In this document: one piece after another, positions 55,553-64,000 of the stretch
Layout of the letters: each line of letters opens with the position of its first letter
Position numbering within the stretch: position 1 is the stretch's first letter
Source of the DNA: Pseudomonadota bacterium
GTDB taxonomy: Bacteria > Myxococcota > JACRCW01 > JAFGSX01
Length of the DNA: 64,000 nt
Direction of reading: 5' to 3'
Assembly (NCBI GenBank): GCA_043821645.1
Contig: JBDRCO010000044.1
Coordinates: 6,910 to 70,909, forward strand
Position numbers and translations under genes: made by a program
The notes under the pieces: model-generated
Database searches by the model: none
The model's input: only the letters and a program-made list of their open reading frames with translations
Told to the model about the DNA's origin: nothing

Positions 55553-57436
55553 ATGAGCACGACCGCCGACAAGAACGCCGACGGACGCGCCGCGCCGCGG
55601 ATGCTGTTTCTGTTCCCGCCGCAGTGGACGCCGCAGAACCCGCACTTCGTGCTGACCTCGCTCACCGGCACCCTGCGGGAGCGCGGTTACCACGTCGACG
55701 CGGTCGATCTGAACATCCTGTTCTACACCAGCATCCTCACCCGGGAGGCGCTGGAGCTGTCGCGCACGCGTGCCCTGCTCGAGCACAAGTTCCTGTGCGA
55801 CAAGCTGCGCCTGCAGTCCATCGTCGACGACACGGGGCTCGACTTTCAATTCGACGGCGCCAAGGCCGACCACATCGAGCACTACGTCAAGAGCCATCCC
55901 GACGAGTTTGCCTCGATCCCGACCCTGATCGCGGACGCCCTGGCGACCCTGCGCGATCCCGTGCGCTACTACGACCCCGAGCAGTTCTGCGACGCCATGG
56001 AGATCGTGGACAATGCGCTGGAGATCTACTCGCTGCCGTTTTGGCCCAGCACCCTGCAGTTCAACTTCTTCGAGCACCCCCTGGCCCAGCTCAACTTCGA
56101 AGACATCGTCGGCTACGTCGACAATGAGCATGGCAACATGTTCATCAATTTCTTCGAGCGGCAGCTGCCGACGCTGACCACGGGCCAGTACGACGTCATC
56201 GCCCTGAGCATCAACACCTTCTCGCAGGTGCTGCCCGGGTTGACCCTGGCGCGCATGCTCAAGCGCGCGGTGTCGCCGGATGTGCACATCAACATCGGCG
56301 GCAATTTCTTCAGCCGCGTGCTCGACAACCTGCGCCAGAGGCCGGCCTTCTTCGAGGAGTTCTGCCACAGCATCACCTTCAGCGAGGGCGAGCGGCCGCT
56401 CAGTGCGCTGCTCGACGCGGTGGCGGGCAAGCGCCCTCTCGACGAGGTGCCCAACCTGCTGTTCCTCACCGACGACGGCGGCACGGTCAAGCGCACCGAG
56501 GATGGCGAGCCCGAGCCTCTGGAGACGCGCGGCTTTCATGACCTGACCGGCCTGCCCATGTACCTGTACCTGATCCCGGACACCGTGCTCTGCCTCGAGG
56601 CCAGCAAGGGGTGCTACTGGGGGCGCTGCTCGTTCTGCGACTCCTTCTTTGGGGTACGCAAGGATCAGGCCTCGATCGATCGCGTGATCAACGAGATCAA
56701 GCACGTCAACCAGAAGTGGGGTGTACGCCACTTCGAGTTCACCGACGAGTGCATGACCCCTCAGTACATGGAGGATCTGGCCGACCGCATCCTCGCCGAG
56801 GGACTGGACATCAGCTGGCTGTGCAACGGTCGGCTGGAGCGCACCTTCACCCGCGAGCGGCTGTTCAAGCTGCACCAGGCGGGTCTCAACCTGGTGCTGT
56901 GGGGATTCGAGTCGGGCTCCAAGCGCATCCTCGATCTGATCAACAAGGGTGTCGGCTTCGAGGAGCGCTGGGACGTGCTGACGGACGCCGCCGACGCGGG
57001 CATCTGGAACAACGCGTACATCTTCTTTGGCTTCCCCACCGAGAGCAAGGACGAGGCCGATTCCACGGTGCGTGCGATCAGCGACCACACGGATCTGATC
57101 CACAGCTACGGGCGGTCGATCTTCACCCTGGGCAAGCAGAGCATCCTGCGCGACGAGGCCAAGAACTATGGCATCGTCGACATCCTGACCGATGACCAGG
57201 AGTTCTCGACCAACCTGTTCTTCAAGGCCAGTGCCGGCATGAGCGACGAGGAGTCCAAGGAGTTCTTGACCCAGAGCACGGTGCGCTGTGCAGCGGCCTA
57301 TGGCGGTGCGCCGCTGTGGATGTTCCTGCGCTATCGCGAGGACCTGCACCTGTACATCGCCAAGCACGGACGCGAGTACGTCAGTCGCTACCAGGTGCGC
57401 AGTCGAGTCGTCAGCAACTTCGAGAAGGTCTGGTAG
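55553..57436 (+). CDS. Cobalamin-binding-domain radical SAM protein
   Basis: N-terminal PPQW..P...L..L...G..V...DLNI, later HINIGG, SKGCYWGRCSFCD cluster motif, FTDE, WGFESG. Confidence 0.88.
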   Translation: MSTTADKNADGRAAPRMLFLFPPQWTPQNPHFVLTSLTGTLRERGYHVDAVDLNILFYTSILTREALELSRTRALLEHKFLCDKLRLQSIVDDTGLDFQFDGAKADHIEHYVKSHPDEFASIPTLIADALATLRDPVRYYDPEQFCDAMEIVDNALEIYSLPFWPSTLQFNFFEHPLAQLNFEDIVGYVDNEHGNMFINFFERQLPTLTTGQYDVIALSINTFSQVLPGLTLARMLKRAVSPDVHINIGGNFFSRVLDNLRQRPAFFEEFCHSITFSEGERPLSALLDAVAGKRPLDEVPNLLFLTDDGGTVKRTEDGEPEPLETRGFHDLTGLPMYLYLIPDTVLCLEASKGCYWGRCSFCDSFFGVRKDQASIDRVINEIKHVNQKWGVRHFEFTDECMTPQYMEDLADRILAEGLDISWLCNGRLERTFTRERLFKLHQAGLNLVLWGFESGSKRILDLINKGVGFEERWDVLTDAADAGIWNNAYIFFGFPTESKDEADSTVRAISDHTDLIHSYGRSIFTLGKQSILRDEAKNYGIVDILTDDQEFSTNLFFKASAGMSDEESKEFLTQSTVRCAAAYGGAPLWMFLRYREDLHLYIAKHGREYVSRYQVRSRVVSNFEKVW

Positions 57437-57447
57437 GGGAGAAAGCC

Positions 57448-58203
57448 ATGAATACAAAAGCCGGGTCCAACCTCAAGGAGAGCAAGGCGCGCGGCTGGGA
57501 GATCGATGCCCGGGGCCGCGTCAAGATCGTCGAGCCCTTCACCACCGATCCGCCCGACGAGTACTTCATCATGCGGTCCGAAAAGAACCAGGTGATGGAG
57601 ATCCAGGAGGTCAAGAAGCGCCCCGAGCTGGCGACCTGTGGTTTTCTCCAGTACGACGCGAAGAAGCACGTCGTGGCCTCGGTGTGGAAGGAGCGCAAGG
57701 GCATCGTCGTCACCAGCTTTTACTACAGCTACGACGAGCGCGGCACCATGACCCGGCGCGAGGAGAGGACCAAGACCGGACGGGTGCTGTACACCACCGA
57801 GTGTCGCTGCGACGACAGTGGCAACCTGCTCGAGGAGCGCTACCTGAAGGGTGAGGAGTTTCTGGGTCGCAACGAGTACACCTACGACGCCCAGAGCCGC
57901 ATCGCCAGCGAGACCCACTTCGACAACGAGGACAAGTGCTCGGGCTCGTACCACTTCAAGTACGACGAGAAGGGGCGCTGTATCTCCCGCGCCTGGCACA
58001 ACCTCGAGGGCAAGCTGATGACCACCTTCAGCTACACCCTGGACGACAAGGGCAACCGCATTCGCGCCGAGTTGCTCAAGGCGGGGCAGATCGAGAACGT
58101 GCAGGAGTTCACCTACGATGCCCGCGGCAACTTGCTCGAGGAGCGCTGGAAGGATGCCGACGGAACCCTGCTGCGCACCATCCCCCACAGGGCGGCGGAC
58201 TAG
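57448..58203 (+). CDS. Small YD/RHS-like repeat protein (no signal peptide, no toxin tip)
   Basis: About 6 repeats: YSYDERGT, CDDSGNL, YTYDAQSR, FKYDEKGR, YTLDDKGNR, FTYDARGNL. Confidence 0.75.
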   Translation: MNTKAGSNLKESKARGWEIDARGRVKIVEPFTTDPPDEYFIMRSEKNQVMEIQEVKKRPELATCGFLQYDAKKHVVASVWKERKGIVVTSFYYSYDERGTMTRREERTKTGRVLYTTECRCDDSGNLLEERYLKGEEFLGRNEYTYDAQSRIASETHFDNEDKCSGSYHFKYDEKGRCISRAWHNLEGKLMTTFSYTLDDKGNRIRAELLKAGQIENVQEFTYDARGNLLEERWKDADGTLLRTIPHRAAD

Positions 58204-58216
58204 AGCCCTTCTTTTT
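58189..58216 (+). terminator. Weak possible intrinsic terminator
   Basis: AGGGC...GCCCT stem followed by tcttttt, spanning the stop codon. Confidence 0.25.
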
Positions 58217-58301
58217 CACGACCACCCCTCCCGCCACCTCCGGCTGTGACCTGATCCAGACGGATTTCTCAGCCACGAATCCCCTGGGCACTGCAACGCG
58301 C

Positions 58302-58329
58302 TTGCCACCCCCTTGCGCGCGCCTATATT
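58302..58329 (+). promoter_or_regulatory. Putative sigma70-type promoter upstream of lon
   Basis: TTGCCA-16 bp-TATATT. Confidence 0.4.
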
Positions 58330-58440
58330 CTGCCCATCCCCGCACGCGCGGGGTTCGGGTGTGGTCTGCTCGCACTCGCCGTCCGCATAGCCACCTGCTT
58401 CGCTGCCCGTTGCCGCGAAGTCGTGAAATGGGAGTTCATC

Positions 58441-60933
<2,493 letters not shown>

Positions 60934-61036
60934 CGCGGGCACGATCGCCTCGTGCAGCATGCTTCAAGCGCCGCCGGGTTCGTGATAGCAACACAGTCTC
61001 GACGACGCTGAACGTCCCGCGTCCGCGAGGCTGCGC

Positions 61037-62152
61037 ATGGCCCTCTCGATACAGGCGGTCCACAACCGCCTCGACCTGCGACGCTGGCACGCCCTCGGCG
61101 AGCAGGTGTACAGGCCCTACCCCCTGCATCGCAGCACCGGCGATGACATCGCGCACTGGCTCATCGGCGGCAAGTCGCTGTTTTGCCGCCATGCCAGCAT
61201 CACCCCCTACCTTCTCAAGAACGGCTGGCACGCGGTGGGGCGCTTTGCCCTGATTCGCGACGAGCGCAGGCCCGAGGTGGTGCAGGTGGCCTTCTTCGAG
61301 GCGCTTCCCGGACTCGAGGGCGTTCGTGATGCCATCCTGCTCAAGGCGCGCGCGATGCACCCCGAGTGCGCGGACATCGTGGTCGGTCTCGACGGCCACC
61401 TCAACTACGCCTGCGGCTTTCTGGTCGATCGCCACGACGAGCCGCCGGTGTTCGGCTTGCCCTACACGCCTCCATACTACCTGGACTACTTTGAGGGCCT
61501 GCGGCGTCGGGACATGGTCTCGTATCGTTTTCAGAACCAGGGCTTTTACGACCTGAGACGTGTCGTCGAGCCGGCCCTCGATCTCAGCGGCGTGACCATC
61601 CGGCTGTGGGATAAAAGGCAGTTCGCGCGCGAGATGGACATCTACACGCACCTCAACAACGTGTGCTTCCACGATCACCCGTACTGGGCGGCGCGGCAGT
61701 CCAGCGAGGACCAGGAGCTGTTCGAGGGCTTCAAGTGGTTCCTCGACGACGATCATCTGATCATCGCCGAGAAGGAAGGCCAGCCCATAGGCTTCTTGCT
61801 GTGGTACCCCGACTTCAACGAGCTGGTGGGCCCGGGACAAGCTCTGGGTGTGAAGGCGCTGCTGAAGTACCGCGCGCTCAAGGCCGCGGGACGCCATCCC
61901 ATCAAAGCGGTGCGCCTGACCGAGATCGCCGTGCACCCGGCACATCGCTCACGCAAGGTGCTGGCGGGTATGACCATGAAGATGATCGAGCGGGTCGAGG
62001 CGAGCGGCCACCTGTTCACCGAGGGAGGCTTCATCTTCGAAGAGAATCAGAGTTCGATAGGCTACACCCTGGCCTACATCAGCCGCGCCATGGGTCGTGA
62101 ACCTGAACCTTTTCGCCGCTACTGTCTCTTCGAGGGGGAGTTGAGGTCGTGA
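61037..62152 (+). CDS. Hypothetical GNAT-fold N-acyltransferase-like protein
   Basis: FGLPYTPPYYLDYFE, FLLWYPDFNE, FIFEENQSS..., RRYCLFE pattern. Confidence 0.55.
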   Translation: MALSIQAVHNRLDLRRWHALGEQVYRPYPLHRSTGDDIAHWLIGGKSLFCRHASITPYLLKNGWHAVGRFALIRDERRPEVVQVAFFEALPGLEGVRDAILLKARAMHPECADIVVGLDGHLNYACGFLVDRHDEPPVFGLPYTPPYYLDYFEGLRRRDMVSYRFQNQGFYDLRRVVEPALDLSGVTIRLWDKRQFAREMDIYTHLNNVCFHDHPYWAARQSSEDQELFEGFKWFLDDDHLIIAEKEGQPIGFLLWYPDFNELVGPGQALGVKALLKYRALKAAGRHPIKAVRLTEIAVHPAHRSRKVLAGMTMKMIERVEASGHLFTEGGFIFEENQSSIGYTLAYISRAMGREPEPFRRYCLFEGELRS

Positions 62153-62207
62153 ACGGGATCGGACGTCCCAAAAGACTGTGTCGAGGCGGAGGGGGAGGCG
62201 TGGAGTG

Positions 62208-63227
62208 ATGGTTGCCGAGCCTCGCATCCTGGTGGCCAGGATCGCGCGTGCAAGCCTGCTGGTGCCCGAGTGGGATGCGCTGTGTACGAGTCCGTTTCAG
62301 CGCCGCGACTTCTTGACCCACCTCGAGGACACCAATGCATGCCGGCAGCGTTACTACGAGCTGCGCGACGACTCAGGCGCGCTGCGCGCCGGTGCCATCG
62401 TCTATACCCTGCCTCTGGACCTGCTCACCTACAGCCATATGCCCAGTCGCATGACCCTGAACTTCCTGGGCGTCCCCTGCTCGCAATCGGCCCCCGGAGT
62501 GGTGGGTGCGCCGGAGTCGACGCGGCGCCTGATCGAGCGCTTGCCCCTCGAGGAACCGCGCTTCGTGGTCGGGCTCAACCTCGATCACAGGCTGGGGCTC
62601 AAGGGTTTCGTCGAGGGGCGCAACCTGCCTACCGTGATCATCGACCGTGGTTTTGACAGCTTTGACGACTACCTCGGCGCGCTGCGCAGCGACTACCGGC
62701 GGCGGCTGAGCAAGATCGTGAAGGCCTTTGCGGATGTCGAGGTCCAGCGATCGTCCTGCAGCGACTTCGACGACACCATGTATACCCAGTATCTCGACGT
62801 GTACGGCCGCAGCGATGCCAAGCTCGAGAAGCTCGACAAGATCTTCTTCGACCGGCTTGATGCGCGCTTCGTGCTCACGGCCTATCGCCGTGCCGGCGCC
62901 CTCCTTGGCTGGCACATCACACTGGTCGACGGGGAGACCTGCTACTTCTTGCTCGAGGGCCACGATCCCGAAGTGGAGCACGGCTACTTCAACCTGCTCG
63001 TCGGGGTGCTGCGCGAGGCCATTGCCCGGGGTGCGCGGCGTATCGATCTGGGGCAGACCGCCGAGATTCCCAAGATGCGCCTGGGCGGAACTCTCGTCGA
63101 GAAGCATATGTTCGCCACGCACCCGAGTCGCGTGGTGCAGATGATGATTGCCCGTGGTTCGCGCTTTTTGGAATACCGGCGCCAGGTCCCGGCGGTGCAT
63201 GTGTTCAAGGCGGATCCTGTCCGGTAA
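62208..63227 (+). CDS. GNAT/FemAB-like acyltransferase-fold protein
   Basis: FDSFDDYLGALRSDYRRRL, YFNLL...AI..G...IDLGQTAEIPKMRLGG. Confidence 0.6.
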   Translation: MVAEPRILVARIARASLLVPEWDALCTSPFQRRDFLTHLEDTNACRQRYYELRDDSGALRAGAIVYTLPLDLLTYSHMPSRMTLNFLGVPCSQSAPGVVGAPESTRRLIERLPLEEPRFVVGLNLDHRLGLKGFVEGRNLPTVIIDRGFDSFDDYLGALRSDYRRRLSKIVKAFADVEVQRSSCSDFDDTMYTQYLDVYGRSDAKLEKLDKIFFDRLDARFVLTAYRRAGALLGWHITLVDGETCYFLLEGHDPEVEHGYFNLLVGVLREAIARGARRIDLGQTAEIPKMRLGGTLVEKHMFATHPSRVVQMMIARGSRFLEYRRQVPAVHVFKADPVR

Positions 63228-63274
63228 TAGAGACCAGGCCAGTCTCTTCGCTGGCACCAGAGAAAGAGAAAAAC

Positions 63275-64000
63275 ATGCCTCGAACAGCGATTGCTGCCGG
63301 AGAGATGACGCCGACTCGCCGGATCCTTGGCGTCGCGCAGCTGACTTTCGTCGCATGCCTGATCTTGTGCGTACTGAGCTGGTACTCCGTAGTCTCCGTG
63401 CTGTGGCGCGAAGGTGTGCCGCCGGCCATGTGGGCAGCGAACATGCTGCAGAAGATCCTCGTCCTGTTCGCGGTCAGCGGTGTGACCGCGGTCGTGCTGA
63501 GACGGCTCGCGCATTCGGACATGGCGCTTCAGCGCATGGCTGCCGCTCAGGACAGGTTCATCAGGGCCTGCGCAGGCAGGCGTCTCGACATCGGCATTGC
63601 GGTGACGGCAGCCCTGGGTCTGTTGCTGGAACTTGCTCTCATTCGCTGGTACGGAGCCATGTTCCCGGTCTTCGCCTTCTACAAGAACCTGAATCTGCTG
63701 GCCGCGTTTCTGGGACTCGGGCTGGGATACGCCATGAGCGGTCGGAAGCAGATCCCGATCGTCCTGGTGACGCCCTTGCTCGCGTGGCAGTTCTTCGTCA
63801 TCCAGTGGCTCCGCTATGGCCCGCGGTTCTGGGACACGGTCCTCCTCAAGGGCGCACCCACGACGGAGCAGGTCGCCATGGGCTTGGCTCCTGTACAGTG
63901 GACGCAAGAACTCGTTCTCTTCGGGTTCCTGGTGACGGTCTTTTCTCTTCAAGTTCTGACGCTCTTGCCGCTGGGACAACTTTGCGGTTCGTTGATGAAC
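63275..64000 (+). CDS. 3'-truncated polytopic membrane protein, resembling the N-terminus of spermidine-synthase-like membrane proteins
   Basis: Open frame from ATG 63275 to the window end (not in the ORF track). LLLELALIRW..FAFYKNLNLLAAFLGLGLGY. Confidence 0.6.
   Translation, partial: MPRTAIAAGEMTPTRRILGVAQLTFVACLILCVLSWYSVVSVLWREGVPPAMWAANMLQKILVLFAVSGVTAVVLRRLAHSDMALQRMAAAQDRFIRACAGRRLDIGIAVTAALGLLLELALIRWYGAMFPVFAFYKNLNLLAAFLGLGLGYAMSGRKQIPIVLVTPLLAWQFFVIQWLRYGPRFWDTVLLKGAPTTEQVAMGLAPVQWTQELVLFGFLVTVFSLQVLTLLPLGQLCGSLMN

Noticed and set aside
57448-58203. RHS/polymorphic toxin
   Set aside because: Only 251 aa, with no RHS core signature (PxxxxDPxG), no toxin tip and no obvious immunity gene.

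Overview
High-GC bacterial DNA, most likely Myxococcota-like. This is inferred from a MYXO-CTERM-like tail, an FHA-type sigma54 activator, many Cys-rich lipoproteins and an M. xanthus-like eps gene order. About 0.7-31 kb is a large Wzx/Wzy exopolysaccharide locus. Its core order is priming sugar transferase, flippase, short OPX, putative beta-barrel, 56-aa membrane protein, single-domain response regulator, kinase-less PCP, Wzy, GT2. The locus also has a stand-alone BY pseudokinase-like gene, a frameshifted WecB/TagA GT, a GT2-serine-acetyltransferase fusion, and GH44 and GH5 hydrolases. Attached to it is a carrier-protein tailoring cassette: PLP decarboxylase, GNAT, AsnB, ACP, NadE-like, acyl-AMP ligase, LbH acyltransferases, SGNH-like lipoprotein, ATP-grasp. 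A 173-bp MITE-like element with CTAG duplication lies between two convergent eps genes. The remainder holds a cysteine desulfurase-thiI pair, a His-tailed thioredoxin, an MMPL exporter, Cys-repeat surface proteins, an FHA-EBP, a cbiR-like/cobU/cobT/cobS cobamide cassette, an M48 protease, a GH15-like protein, cytochrome c, folB, an orphan gene, a B12-radical SAM/YD-repeat operon, lon and two GNAT-like genes. No rRNA, tRNA, CRISPR array or transposase was recognised. All family calls come from motif recognition by eye, without database searches.
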